Positions 48,419-58,469 of a stretch of DNA of 64,000 bases are shown piece by piece. Under the pieces are notes generated by a model, which did no database searches, was not told the DNA's origin, and worked only from the letters and a program-made list of their open reading frames with translations. The translations under genes were made by a program, and so were the position numbers. Source of the stretch: an uncultured virus (IMG/VR IMGVR_UViG_3300028559_000027) (lineage: Duplodnaviria > Heunggongvirae > Uroviricota > Caudoviricetes); IMG/VR virus record IMGVR_UViG_3300028559_000027. The stretch is one strand, 5' to 3'. Numbering within the stretch: position 1 is the stretch's first letter; each line of letters opens with the position of its first letter.

Positions 48419-49477
48419 TTATTTATCAAAAAATAATTTTAATTTATCCGAAATATAGCTTACTTCTTCGTCTGTTAATTCAGGGTACATGGGCAGACTT
48501 ATTACTCCCCTAGAAAGCATTACACTAGTGCTTAATAAATCCGGCTTTGTTAATCTTTGGCCAGTGGGTAAATCACCTAGTACATATTCATAATGAACTT
48601 TGCTATCTATTCCGTGTTCTTTTAAATATGATTGTAATCTATTTCTATCATCCATGTACATTACAAACTTTTGATGTGCGTGAGGATCTTTGGTATCTGA
48701 TAGGCAACGTAAAGGTAGTTCTTTAAACTTCTCGCACCAGTACTTTGCTATCTCACCTCTACGGTTTTGCCACTCATCAATGTACTTTGCACGAACCATA
48801 ATCTGAGCACAATCTTGTTCACTCATCTTGCTATTAGTTCCTACATCGTGGAATGCAGGTTTGTTATTATCTCTATGTGTTGCGGCATATAGGTATAGTT
48901 GTTCATCATTCGTGACAATCGCACCACCATTACCTGAGCTAGGTAAGTTCTTTGTGGGGTCAAAACTGATAGACATACCACTACCAACATCACCGTCACA
49001 AACTAACCAATGCTGTGCCCCATCTACAATCACTGCATTTGCACTAGCATATCCTGCAATAGGCCAGGGCTTGCGACCTGCATAACCCATTACACAAGTA
49101 TATCCCTTAAGACTATTCTCTACATCAATAACACCATTCTTATCTGTGTCAACTAACTCTACATCCCATCCTGCAGTCAGTAATGAGTTTAGTGTTGCCG
49201 GGTATGTTAAATTAGGAATACGAATCTTAGGAGTATTTTTAAATGTTTCTAAGTGTTTCTTTTTCTTATATCTTGCGATAATTTCAAGTGCTTGTGTGCC
49301 GCTATGAACTGTTACTACATACTTTGTTTTAGTACGATGTTTCAGCCATTCTTCAAACGATCGGGTATAATGACCACCTACAAGTTGACCATCTTTGAGG
49401 GCACGGTGAGTTGCATCAAGCAACTCTTCACCTATATTCTTATATTGTCTTGCTAGACCAAAGTGAGGGATTTGCAT
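48419..49477 (-). CDS. DegT/DnrJ/EryC1/StrS NDP-sugar aminotransferase
   Basis: SGTQAL, DGAQ, SFDPTKNL (PLP Lys), SLPMYPEL. Confidence 0.9.
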   Translation of the reverse strand: MQIPHFGLARQYKNIGEELLDATHRALKDGQLVGGHYTRSFEEWLKHRTKTKYVVTVHSGTQALEIIARYKKKKHLETFKNTPKIRIPNLTYPATLNSLLTAGWDVELVDTDKNGVIDVENSLKGYTCVMGYAGRKPWPIAGYASANAVIVDGAQHWLVCDGDVGSGMSISFDPTKNLPSSGNGGAIVTNDEQLYLYAATHRDNNKPAFHDVGTNSKMSEQDCAQIMVRAKYIDEWQNRRGEIAKYWCEKFKELPLRCLSDTKDPHAHQKFVMYMDDRNRLQSYLKEHGIDSKVHYEYVLGDLPTGQRLTKPDLLSTSVMLSRGVISLPMYPELTDEEVSYISDKLKLFFDK

Positions 49478-49649
49478 TTTTTGCCCAAGCTATATATCCA
49501 CCATTAGTAACAGACCATGGGCAATACTGTTCCCACAATGCCTTTGATTGGTCAGGATGTTCTTTCATCAACTTGTCTATATTGATTCTAGATTTATATC
49601 CAGCTAGAGTCCAATCATGTGTTTTTAGTGCAGTTTCTAATTCATTCAT
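49440..49649 (-). CDS. Hypothetical protein
   Basis: 69-aa operon ORF. Confidence 0.5.
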   Translation of the reverse strand: MNELETALKTHDWTLAGYKSRINIDKLMKEHPDQSKALWEQYCPWSVTNGGYIAWAKNANPSLWSSKTI

Positions 49650-50626
49650 TTTATTTTATCTTGCCAAAAACTTGATGTACTAAGCCAATCATAATATTTT
49701 TGAAAGCCTTCTTCTACATCTACTTTAGGATCATATCCAAAGTCTCTACGGGCGGCATCAATGTTTAATGCACCACGACTAGGGAAGTCAGCGTCTTTAT
49801 CTCTAACATTGATGGTACCTTTACCTGCACACTTTACTGCTAAGTTTGCGGCATCAAGTAATGTTCTGCTATGTGACTTAGTGATGTTATACGTTTTGTT
49901 CATTGTATTCTCGCTTAGTGCGGCTCCAACAATGCCATCTGCGGCATCTTCAACATAAGTAAAGTCTAATGTTTCATTCGCACCATTAACATTCAATACT
50001 CCATCACGCATCGCAGTCAACATAAACTTTGCAATAACACGATCCTCAACATCTAGTTCACCATACACAGCACTAGGACGAATGATAGTGTGACTGAAAC
50101 AATTACGACGGCTATAGTCTTTAACAATATGCTCACCTGATAGTTTCATAATGCCATACTGTCCCTGTGGCTTACAGTTATAATCTTCTGTTACATCATC
50201 TTTAAAGTCACCATATACCATTGAACTACTGATATAAACAAATTTCTTTATTTTATGTTTCTTGCTTACTTCACACAAATTCAATAGACCTTCCATCATT
50301 GTTTTTGCTCCCATAGTTGGATTAGCATTAACAACTTTTTGTCTCGGAAAGCTAGCCATATGAATTACAATATCAAAGTTATATTTACCAAATAACCAAT
50401 CAATACTTTCACTAGAAATGTCAATCGCATGGATACTACCGGGTTGAATTTTCTTCAACCTTTCTGTCATTAGATAGTCAATTTCATCTTGCGGGATGAT
50501 ACCATAGTTAGTTCGTATATCAGTAATAGCAACACGGTGCCCCATACGTTGTAATCTATCTACTACGTTATGTCCTATAAGTCCTAGACCTCCTGTGACC
50601 AAAATGCGTGTCATAATTTCTTCCAT
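49646..50626 (-). CDS. NAD-dependent epimerase/dehydratase
   Basis: TGGLGLIG, ISSSMVYG, YGIMK, DFTYVED. Confidence 0.92.
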   Translation of the reverse strand: MEEIMTRILVTGGLGLIGHNVVDRLQRMGHRVAITDIRTNYGIIPQDEIDYLMTERLKKIQPGSIHAIDISSESIDWLFGKYNFDIVIHMASFPRQKVVNANPTMGAKTMMEGLLNLCEVSKKHKIKKFVYISSSMVYGDFKDDVTEDYNCKPQGQYGIMKLSGEHIVKDYSRRNCFSHTIIRPSAVYGELDVEDRVIAKFMLTAMRDGVLNVNGANETLDFTYVEDAADGIVGAALSENTMNKTYNITKSHSRTLLDAANLAVKCAGKGTINVRDKDADFPSRGALNIDAARRDFGYDPKVDVEEGFQKYYDWLSTSSFWQDKIK

Positions 50627-51417
50627 CCTTTTATAGAGTTTGCTTTACCGGTAATAACTTTTGATAAGTGTGCTCTGTTTAAATTATATCTATCAACTAA
50701 TTCTTTTCTCGTTGATTTAATTTTTTCACCAGTTTTAATATTTTCAAAAGTGTATATAGTTTGGTCTGTCATTCTATCAATTCTAGTTTTTCTAATATTC
50801 TCATCACCCCAGTTTTTGATGGCCGCCGCCCTTTTCTTTTCCTTGACTGATTCTCTATTTTGAACTTCGGATTGAATTACGCTATGTTTTTCTCGCAATA
50901 CGGGGTCACTCCAAGTTTTTTTACTTGATGCTTTTAATTTTGCTTTAGTCACTGGATCAGCAAGTGTTCTTTTACTTGTTTCACCAATTTTAGCTTTAAC
51001 TTCAGGTTTATTAAGTGATTCTTTTATAGACAATATTCGTTTTTCTCTTGATTGGTCATTAGCCCATGCTATCTTTGATTTATCACTAATTTTTTTCCTA
51101 TCTTCTTCCGAGAAAATATACCCAGCACCACCGTCACCTTCTTCAATTCTTAAATTTGCCCATATCTTATTTCCTGCCTCATCTTTGGCATTAACAACAT
51201 CCCATAAATTACTATAATACCTTCCCATACTTTTTATTTCTTCTTTGTTGGTTGTCTGTAAAAGTATCTCAGTCTTGTGGGTTGACCCGTGAATTTTTAG
51301 GTGTCTTAACCAATATTTTCCGGATCCGCTATACTTTGTTATATCATTTTTAGTATAGCCTAGATATTTTAATCCTGTTATAGTATGTTCTTTCAAATAC
51401 AATGTGTAAATAATCAT
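50611..51417 (-). mobile_element. Free-standing GIY-YIG (Seg-like) homing endonuclease
   Basis: LY...H..TGLKYLG, YSGSG.YW, ANL..E.GDGG; basic NUMOD-like repeats and C-terminal HTH. Confidence 0.75.
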
Positions 51418-51470
51418 AACAATTTCCTTGTTACTTTATTTATCTTACCAATCCGCCTGTAACTAATATA

Positions 51471-51803
51471 TTACTCATATTTTAATTTCCAAAATGTTAA
51501 TTGTTTGTGTGTTAGATATGCTCTAATCTGATATACATAACTATAATCGTATAGGTCATTGTTACGATGCCAACTGGGTGCGGGATTAGAGTTTTCCATT
51601 ATCCACTTACCTTCTTCTGTTTGTTGCCACTCGTATATAGGGTGTGCTACAAACAAATCAGGATCTTCAACATCACCCATTCTAATAGTATGTACTACTT
51701 GAGTAATAGATACTGATTCTCCCCTGATATCAGATACTTGTACCTGATATTTGGGTCTAGTGAATTCTTCTTTAGATTGCCATTGTTGCTTTGATAGGGC
51801 CAT
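51471..51803 (-). CDS. Hypothetical protein, distant FxLxW-like
   Basis: C-terminus LTFWKLKYE. Confidence 0.55.
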   Translation of the reverse strand: MALSKQQWQSKEEFTRPKYQVQVSDIRGESVSITQVVHTIRMGDVEDPDLFVAHPIYEWQQTEEGKWIMENSNPAPSWHRNNDLYDYSYVYQIRAYLTHKQLTFWKLKYE

Positions 51804-52671
51804 GACTTTGATAGTTCTCTAAATGTATGTCTTCCATTGAGATTTCAAAGATATTAGTCTTTGACGCATTTAACATCAATGTAGGTAATGGATAAGATTC
51901 ACGTGTTAATTGTTCTTTAACTTGTTCAATGTGATCCTTGTAGATATGTGTATCACCTGTACTAATTACAAGTTCACCTACTTTTAGATTACAGTGATGT
52001 GCCAATAGATGTGTAAGTAATGCATAACTAGCAATGTTAAAAGGTAAACCCAAGAAAACATCAACACTACGCTGATACATATGGCAAGAAAGTTCACGAT
52101 TTTTGTTAACATAGAATTGACTCATAACGTGACAAGGGGGCAAAGCCATTTCGTCTAACTCGCTCACGTTCCAGGCACTTAGTATATGCCTGCGCCCATT
52201 AGGATCTTCAGTTAACCCTTTAATGAGATTTGCCAATTGGTCGACTTCAATCTTGTCAACTGCGAGGCGTGTACCACCTTTGTGTGCTTTGCCCATGTCT
52301 TTCTCTGTGCGATACTTGTTCCAGTGACGCCATTGTACCCCGTAGACACGACCGAGATCACCTTCGAATTTTGCTTTGTGTTTCCAATACGGTGCAAGCG
52401 CATTTGGTGTCCAGATAGTAACTTTTCCTTCACTACTACCGTGGGTAAGTTCTGCCAATCTACGTTCATCACTAGATCCCTCAATAAACCAGAGAAGCTC
52501 ACCGACGCAAGCTTTCCAAGCAAGTTTTTTAGTAGTGACTGCGGGAAAGCCCCTACGCAAATCAAAGCGAATATGACGTCCAAAAACACTATAGGTGCCA
52601 ACACCAGTTCTGTCATCTTTAATCTCTCCGTCATCTAGTATATCTTGTAATAATTCTTTGTATTGTTTCAT
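51772..52671 (-). CDS. thyA: Thymidylate synthase
   Basis: DRTGVGT, YGVQWR, ALPPCH, QRSVDVFLGLPFNIASY, HIY. Confidence 0.96.
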   Translation of the reverse strand: MKQYKELLQDILDDGEIKDDRTGVGTYSVFGRHIRFDLRRGFPAVTTKKLAWKACVGELLWFIEGSSDERRLAELTHGSSEGKVTIWTPNALAPYWKHKAKFEGDLGRVYGVQWRHWNKYRTEKDMGKAHKGGTRLAVDKIEVDQLANLIKGLTEDPNGRRHILSAWNVSELDEMALPPCHVMSQFYVNKNRELSCHMYQRSVDVFLGLPFNIASYALLTHLLAHHCNLKVGELVISTGDTHIYKDHIEQVKEQLTRESYPLPTLMLNASKTNIFEISMEDIHLENYQSHGPIKATMAI

Positions 52672-53273
52672 ATTAATGTCAATTCTACATCCATTAAATG
52701 GTTAGTTCGTGTATAATTTAATTCAGTAAATTGTGTAAATAATTTTTCTATTTTTATTGTATCCGAGTTGTTATTGTTCTCAACAAACAATGATTGTACT
52801 TTCATGCCATTTTTTATTTTTTGAATCACTGATGGAAGTATCTGACATTCGTATCCTTCTGTATCAATCTGTAATCTACCTATAGAGGTTATATCAAATT
52901 CATTGCATAAAGTATCGAATGTTATTTTTTTAATTTCTTGTTGATGAATAACACTCGGGTCTATTGATAACTGTTGTAATTCTGATAATACCAGTTGATG
53001 CGGCTCATCTAATTTATTACATCCTTTTAACCAAAATTTATCTGGCATGGGGAACGTTTTTTCAATATATTCTTCAGGTAAAAAATATATAATTGATGTT
53101 CCTTCAATATCACTTATTGCACAATTACACAATTTAACATTATTTCCTTTAAGAGAATTTAAATAAAAGTCTAATGGTTCAACAAGTAATACATTAATTG
53201 AAGGATCAGATTTAGCAAACTCCGCGCTTGTATCAAAATTACTGGTACCTATATCAACATAGTGGTAGTGCAT
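52668..53273 (-). CDS. FkbM-family methyltransferase
   Basis: VDIG, VEP, N.AIS, LQIDTEGYE. Confidence 0.8.
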   Translation of the reverse strand: MHYHYVDIGTSNFDTSAEFAKSDPSINVLLVEPLDFYLNSLKGNNVKLCNCAISDIEGTSIIYFLPEEYIEKTFPMPDKFWLKGCNKLDEPHQLVLSELQQLSIDPSVIHQQEIKKITFDTLCNEFDITSIGRLQIDTEGYECQILPSVIQKIKNGMKVQSLFVENNNNSDTIKIEKLFTQFTELNYTRTNHLMDVELTLI

Positions 53274-53275
53274 AG

Positions 53276-53572
53276 TTAAAGCTTACCTAATAGTCTGTCT
53301 GTCTCTGGTTGTACGGTGTCAGCAATACTTTGAACATTGAGAACAAATTCTACACTCACTATTAGTTCATCAAGTTCATCAAGTTTGCGACTGACTGCTT
53401 CTTCTATTTGGTCTGGATTCAATCCTTGTTGTAGAAACTTTTGAATATTGATAGTCTGTTGTTTTTTACCTTGAAGCTTAATAACTAACTTCTTAATAAA
53501 CTCTACAGGTATCTTATTTTTTTCTACATCTTCAAGGATATGTTCCCATTTTGAAATGAATTCTGGTGACAT
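53276..53572 (-). CDS. Hypothetical protein
   Basis: Operon ORF. Confidence 0.6.
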   Translation of the reverse strand: MSPEFISKWEHILEDVEKNKIPVEFIKKLVIKLQGKKQQTINIQKFLQQGLNPDQIEEAVSRKLDELDELIVSVEFVLNVQSIADTVQPETDRLLGKL

Positions 53573-54237
53573 TAGACACTAACTTTTGCTCTTGGTTTTT
53601 TAACTTTAACTGGTTTTGTTTCTATAACTGCAGGTTCTGCAATAGTAGGATCTAAACTTTTTGCCTCATCGGTCAAACGCTTTGCTTCTGCTAGTAAGCC
53701 TTTTGCTTCACGTTCCATTTTTTGTGCTTGTTCAAGTCTTTGTTTTGCAAGTGACGCATCTCCTAATAAATCACCTGTCGGTGTTACTGGGTTTTGATTA
53801 CCACGCATTCTACGAACTACATCAGCTGGATCTTGTAATCCACGACTGTCATCTAATTCTTGCAAACGCTTAACTGCACTTTCACCCTGTTGCATTTCAT
53901 CTAGTATCTTATTCAATTCATCTAAGCGAATTGTTTGATTTGGTGAAGGTGTCATAACAATTGCCGATGTTTGAACCTTCTTTAATTGACCTTCCAAATG
54001 CAATACCTGTAGAATTGGTCTACCATCTTTAGCATATGTTCTGTTTAGTGCATCTGCTAAATGTTCGCTATTTTGTCCAATATCACTTTCAATGCATTTG
54101 ATTAGTGGGTCGTGAACGTGCTGATTTAATGTCTCTGTATATGTGACTAAGCACATATGAACTTCATTAGGCACTTCCCGAAATACTATTGCAACTTTTC
54201 TATCACCGTGTTTACCAACGTGTCGTGTAAAACTCAT
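53572..54237 (-). CDS. Hypothetical protein
   Basis: GGAG SD; coiled-coil C-terminus. Confidence 0.65.
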   Translation of the reverse strand: MSFTRHVGKHGDRKVAIVFREVPNEVHMCLVTYTETLNQHVHDPLIKCIESDIGQNSEHLADALNRTYAKDGRPILQVLHLEGQLKKVQTSAIVMTPSPNQTIRLDELNKILDEMQQGESAVKRLQELDDSRGLQDPADVVRRMRGNQNPVTPTGDLLGDASLAKQRLEQAQKMEREAKGLLAEAKRLTDEAKSLDPTIAEPAVIETKPVKVKKPRAKVSV

Positions 54238-54299
54238 AGTTGTGTTCTCCTCTTATATAAGCTTAAGATATTTAACTGATATTCATCAATCAAATATTT

Positions 54300-55598
54300 T
54301 TATTGGTTAGTATGATGGCCCCATTGTTTGCTAAAATATGAATTAATAGTTTTTTGGGCATCTGTGTTATTAGTTAAATCAACTCCACAACAATAGTAAT
54401 GATATATTCCGGTACCTTGTTTACTAAAATTCACATGCTGTAACCAGGGATTAAATCCTCCAAAACCTACACCATCGGTAACATCTATTAAATGTTTGTT
54501 TACTGCTTCCATAAATGCAGTAATTTTTAATAATTGCATTCGTTTATCAGTATGGGGTGTAAATACATTTGACCAAACATTATTAATTACATTTTCCCAA
54601 AAAGTAGAAGGTACATAACCCACACCCATGTCCGTAATAACTGGGTGCGTTATTAGAATAAATTTCTTACCATACACCATGTGAAAATTCTTAATCAATT
54701 GAATTTGATTTTTATTGGATGCATCATTAAAATATAAATTTACAATTGTTTTTAAATCATAAATCGGAGTTTTAGATAAAGTTTCATTTAAATTAACACT
54801 AGCATAGTCAACATGATTCCAAATTGATGTTGGCATCATTAAGTAGGTAGTATATGATAATTTACCCGAATACACTTTCCTAATTTCAGAAATTAACTGT
54901 TGCCAATAAAATAAATGTTCATATGATTCTAAGTTATAGTTACCTTCACTGATAAAAATACCTTGTACTTTGTATTGTTCGGCAGTTATTGCAAGTTTTC
55001 GTTGATATTCAATGATGTTGTTAAACATTGATTGTTCGGTATATTTATTAAAATCCGGCGTCAATAATGAATCGGTATCACTATCTACAATTTGTAGTGA
55101 CAACCATACTTGTAATCCTTGAGATTTTATATACTCAACTAATTTCCAAGTATCTTTTGGAATTGTTTTATCAGTGTTTGCTGTATCATAAAGACTAATA
55201 CGTCCGGTATGTTTGTTAATGGGTGTTTGCAATTGCACAATAATCCCATTAAATCCTATTTGTTTAATTTTATCAATTGCTGGTTTTACTGATTCAAATG
55301 AAGTAGTATGATATCCATTAATATCAAATTGAGTTTTTGGTGTATCATATCTATAATCAAGCTGTGCCAATCTAAATTTATCCACTGATATAGCAGTAGG
55401 AGTTTCAAATTGAGAAATAGATTTTATTACTGGTGTAGAGACATTATTTACCGATATATTAGCAGGAGTTTCAATCTGCGAACTGGATGTTATTACTGGT
55501 GTAGTGTCTAATTCTGTTTGGCTAGATCCACCTCCACCGCAACCAGACAGAATAACACTTAACGTTAATAAACTTACAATAATTTTTATCATGACCAT
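54300..55598 (-). CDS. Lipoprotein with GH113-like TIM-barrel domain
   Basis: Lipobox VILSGC + GGGGS; IK.IGFN, GLQVWL, W..LI.EIRKVYSGKLSY. Confidence 0.55.
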   Translation of the reverse strand: MVMIKIIVSLLTLSVILSGCGGGGSSQTELDTTPVITSSSQIETPANISVNNVSTPVIKSISQFETPTAISVDKFRLAQLDYRYDTPKTQFDINGYHTTSFESVKPAIDKIKQIGFNGIIVQLQTPINKHTGRISLYDTANTDKTIPKDTWKLVEYIKSQGLQVWLSLQIVDSDTDSLLTPDFNKYTEQSMFNNIIEYQRKLAITAEQYKVQGIFISEGNYNLESYEHLFYWQQLISEIRKVYSGKLSYTTYLMMPTSIWNHVDYASVNLNETLSKTPIYDLKTIVNLYFNDASNKNQIQLIKNFHMVYGKKFILITHPVITDMGVGYVPSTFWENVINNVWSNVFTPHTDKRMQLLKITAFMEAVNKHLIDVTDGVGFGGFNPWLQHVNFSKQGTGIYHYYCCGVDLTNNTDAQKTINSYFSKQWGHHTNQ

Positions 55599-55834
55599 TT
55601 CAATTCATAAAATGTAGCATCTTTGGAATCCTCAAATGCTATGTTACCTAAATAATATTCTACCAAAAACAATTGACTGGTTTGAATAATGCAAAATCTA
55701 CCTTTGAGATTATCTAATACCCATTGTTTAGAATCAATTGTCAATGGTGTAGCGGTTAATATAAAATGTTTTGGACAAAAGTCTACCTGTCTTTTACCAA
55801 ACCAAATATAAGGATCAATTTTATATTCAGTCAT
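55589..55834 (-). CDS. Small protein, FxLxW family
   Basis: C-terminus IAFEDSKDATFYELKWS. Confidence 0.6.
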   Translation of the reverse strand: MTEYKIDPYIWFGKRQVDFCPKHFILTATPLTIDSKQWVLDNLKGRFCIIQTSQLFLVEYYLGNIAFEDSKDATFYELKWS

Positions 55835-56262
55835 TTTGTTAAATTATCTAACATCTTATATTTTTCCCAAGCTTCAACTACTGAAGGTGTTGAGTTATCG
55901 TTAGTTGGTACCACTTGCATCCACAATCCATGACCTAGCTTTGCTGGATGATTATAATCAGAATAATGTCCGGCGGTTCTACCTTCACTGTCAAATACTC
56001 TAGGTTGGTGTATCCTACCTGAGAAATATAATCTAGTAGCCAATTCTTTTACTTTGGTTAAATCATACTCACTAAGTGCATATGAGTAGGTAGAACGTGT
56101 AATTGAAGTACCTTCTACATAATATTGTTCTACTACCTGCATAAAGGTTTCATAGTTAGGGCACATTGTTCGGGTTACAATAAACATAACATTATCCTCG
56201 GACACTTCGTTTGCCATCAAACTATTCAAGCATCCACCAAGGCTAGTACCGATATACATCAT
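55831..56262 (-). CDS. Hypothetical protein
   Basis: Operon ORF. Confidence 0.6.
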   Translation of the reverse strand: MMYIGTSLGGCLNSLMANEVSEDNVMFIVTRTMCPNYETFMQVVEQYYVEGTSITRSTYSYALSEYDLTKVKELATRLYFSGRIHQPRVFDSEGRTAGHYSDYNHPAKLGHGLWMQVVPTNDNSTPSVVEAWEKYKMLDNLTK

Positions 56263-56633
56263 ACAATCATCTTTCTATTTTGTTTAACATAATCACTATA
56301 AACCTTTTTGCCGTTCTCTCTAATCCATTCAACAACAGGTTGCGGATCAACTTCAAATGCTGTTTTAAGTTCATCATAAGCCATTGTGCTATTAAACTCA
56401 TAAATCTCATACGCACGTTGACTGTTTACTCTTGCACGGAGTAACATCATTTGTAATGGGATGCCTGATGGCTGGTCGGGGGTTCGTTGTTCTTTAAGAA
56501 TAGCAACAACTTTTTGTTTTTCCCATTCGTTGTACTTACTCATATGTAAGTCAACATCATATAAACATTCAAGACCTAACATATCCCACATTGCAAGATA
56601 GTGTTTAGTTTTCTTCTTTCTTAAGGATGACAT
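56259..56633 (-). CDS. Hypothetical protein
   Basis: Operon ORF. Confidence 0.6.
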   Translation of the reverse strand: MSSLRKKKTKHYLAMWDMLGLECLYDVDLHMSKYNEWEKQKVVAILKEQRTPDQPSGIPLQMMLLRARVNSQRAYEIYEFNSTMAYDELKTAFEVDPQPVVEWIRENGKKVYSDYVKQNRKMIV

Positions 56634-56853
56634 ATAACATTTCTGCTTTGTTAATTGCGTTTGCTAATGAAGGTTCTGTTTCTGCTAGTTTAAGAATTTC
56701 TTTCCACTCATACCATTTTGTAATGTAACGTTGGGAAGTATCTTCTTTAACCATTGTTCGGTCCGACGATCCACTCTTACGTGAATAGACCGTCTTGCCG
56801 CCATCTGGGCTTTCGTAAATAATTATTTCCTCACTAGACTTAATCATCGACAT
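56605..56853 (-). CDS. Hypothetical protein
   Basis: IYESPDGGKTVY motif. Confidence 0.6.
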   Translation of the reverse strand: MSMIKSSEEIIIYESPDGGKTVYSRKSGSSDRTMVKEDTSQRYITKWYEWKEILKLAETEPSLANAINKAEMLYVILKKEEN

Positions 56854-56950
56854 CTTTTATCATTCCCAAGAATCTAACTAAGGCAATAACAAAAAGCCAA
56901 CATAAGCCCAATATAAGTATTGAAATTATAATATAGTCAAGCCAACTCAT
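56840..56950 (-). CDS. 36-aa single-TM microprotein
   Basis: Manual translation MSWLDYIIISILILGLCWLFVIALVRFLGMIKDVDD; TAATG overlap with the vWA gene. Confidence 0.5.
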   Translation of the reverse strand: MSWLDYIIISILILGLCWLFVIALVRFLGMIKDVDD

Positions 56951-58221
56951 TATTTTTCATCATAGATAGCATACGTACCGAATGGGGGATTCGGATTCTT
57001 ATCACCATGAATGATCCAAGTTGTATCACAATAGTCTGGGTCACCCCAACTACCACAAGGGTATCCATCAGTGAATACAATCAATCGTTTTGGATCAATA
57101 GCATTCTCTTTCAAGTATGTAAAGATACAATCAAAGTCAGTTCCACCACCGCCCATTGGCTGATATTCTTCAATGCTTTCCATATTCTCACTAGAGAAAT
57201 CTTGTGGGTTATATGTATCAGTATCAAAGCAGAATACGTGGACCTTGTAACCATCAAACGCATCCATCATACCACCAATTTCACCTAAGAATTGTTGTGC
57301 TTGTTTGTTGCTGATACTACCTGACATATCGATTGATACGACAACATCAATTTCTTCTCCCGGTGTCATGCCGGGCATGATAGCATCCATGTGCCAACCT
57401 CTGCGTGAGGGACGCATCCAACTGTAATCTGTACGAATAGCACTTGTCAAGTTAGTTTGAATCAGTTCACGCCAGGGCATAACTGGGTTAGTATGCTGAC
57501 GGATCAATCGTTCGACACCTAAGGGCAACTGACCTGCTTCTGCACTACTTGCGGCATTGATAATAGCTTGTTTAACTTCCTGACGTACACGTTCACGTTC
57601 TTCGGGACTCATTGAGGGACGTTTACCTTTACCCTCTTTATCCCCATCACCTTCGCCATCTCCGTCACCATCCATATGGTCATCAATCATTTGATCCAGC
57701 AAATCTTCAATAGAAATTTTCTGAACATTTTTTATCAAATCATCATAGATAGCTTCTGCGGCTTTACCATCATATTTTGATTCATATAAGCAAGGCACTG
57801 ATGTAATAAACTGGCCAACTTTGTGACGTTTCAAATCTGCATTGACAGCATAGTCATCAGCAATATTCCAGATTTCAGGATCACGATTATCACGGCGACC
57901 CATATGATCGTACACCACGTGCAATACTTCGTGACCAACTAAAAATTCAACTTCTTTCGGCTTCAACATCATAATGAAGCGACTATTGTAATAAAACTTC
58001 TGACCATCAGTTGCCGCAGTACTACACCATAGATCGGCATTGATAAGTTGCATACGTGTAGCAAGATTGCCAAAGAATGAATGACGTAATAGTAAACCAA
58101 TACGTGCGGTGACTAACCTTTCACGTGCTAATGCATCAATTTTGCTATCTGTAGGTCCTACTAGATTTTCAAATTTCTTACTACGACTACGTTTTTTAGT
58201 GGGATTAAGTACTTCGCTCAT
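56950..58221 (-). CDS. Metallopeptidase-vWA protein (DUF2201-like)
   Basis: TAATDG, HEVLH zincin motif, MIDAS DMSGS, GGGGTDF, FTDG. Confidence 0.88.
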   Translation of the reverse strand: MSEVLNPTKKRSRSKKFENLVGPTDSKIDALARERLVTARIGLLLRHSFFGNLATRMQLINADLWCSTAATDGQKFYYNSRFIMMLKPKEVEFLVGHEVLHVVYDHMGRRDNRDPEIWNIADDYAVNADLKRHKVGQFITSVPCLYESKYDGKAAEAIYDDLIKNVQKISIEDLLDQMIDDHMDGDGDGEGDGDKEGKGKRPSMSPEERERVRQEVKQAIINAASSAEAGQLPLGVERLIRQHTNPVMPWRELIQTNLTSAIRTDYSWMRPSRRGWHMDAIMPGMTPGEEIDVVVSIDMSGSISNKQAQQFLGEIGGMMDAFDGYKVHVFCFDTDTYNPQDFSSENMESIEEYQPMGGGGTDFDCIFTYLKENAIDPKRLIVFTDGYPCGSWGDPDYCDTTWIIHGDKNPNPPFGTYAIYDEK

Positions 58222-58247
58222 ATTGGTCCTTTACTGTTTATGTGTCT

Positions 58248-58276
58248 ATTATAGCAGAATTTCTATTTATTGTCAA
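58248..58276 (-). promoter_or_regulatory. Early sigma70-type promoter
   Basis: TTGACAATAAAT...TATAAT. Confidence 0.85.
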
Positions 58277-58425
58277 ATAGACAAGCCTCGATATCCTGCA
58301 TCAAATGCAATACGTGCGTAATCCTGTGCGGACTCAATAGCATACAAGGCCATTCCTTGGTCCTTTGTCATTCCTTTTGACCGGGCACTTTGCCCCAATG
58401 CGTAAAAATATTTCTTACCTGACAT
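58273..58425 (-). CDS. 50-aa microprotein
   Basis: Manual translation MSGKKYFYALGQSARSKGMTKDQGMALYAIESAQDYARIAFDAGYRGLSI. Confidence 0.5.
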   Translation of the reverse strand: MSGKKYFYALGQSARSKGMTKDQGMALYAIESAQDYARIAFDAGYRGLSI

Positions 58426-58436
58426 TATATTTCTTT

Positions 58437-58463
58437 AAAAAAGGGTGAGCATTACACTCACCC
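58437..58463 (-). terminator. Intrinsic terminator after the MoxR gene
   Basis: GGGTGAG/CTCACCC stem followed by U6 on the minus strand. Confidence 0.7.
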
Positions 58464-58469
58464 ATTAAA

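Noticed and set aside
50611..52671. Possible group I intron near thyA, as in T4 td
   Set aside because: thyA is uninterrupted; the endonuclease is free-standing with no room for intron core elements.
51772..52671. dCMP/dUMP hydroxymethylase
   Set aside because: Canonical ThyA motifs throughout, including PFNIASY.
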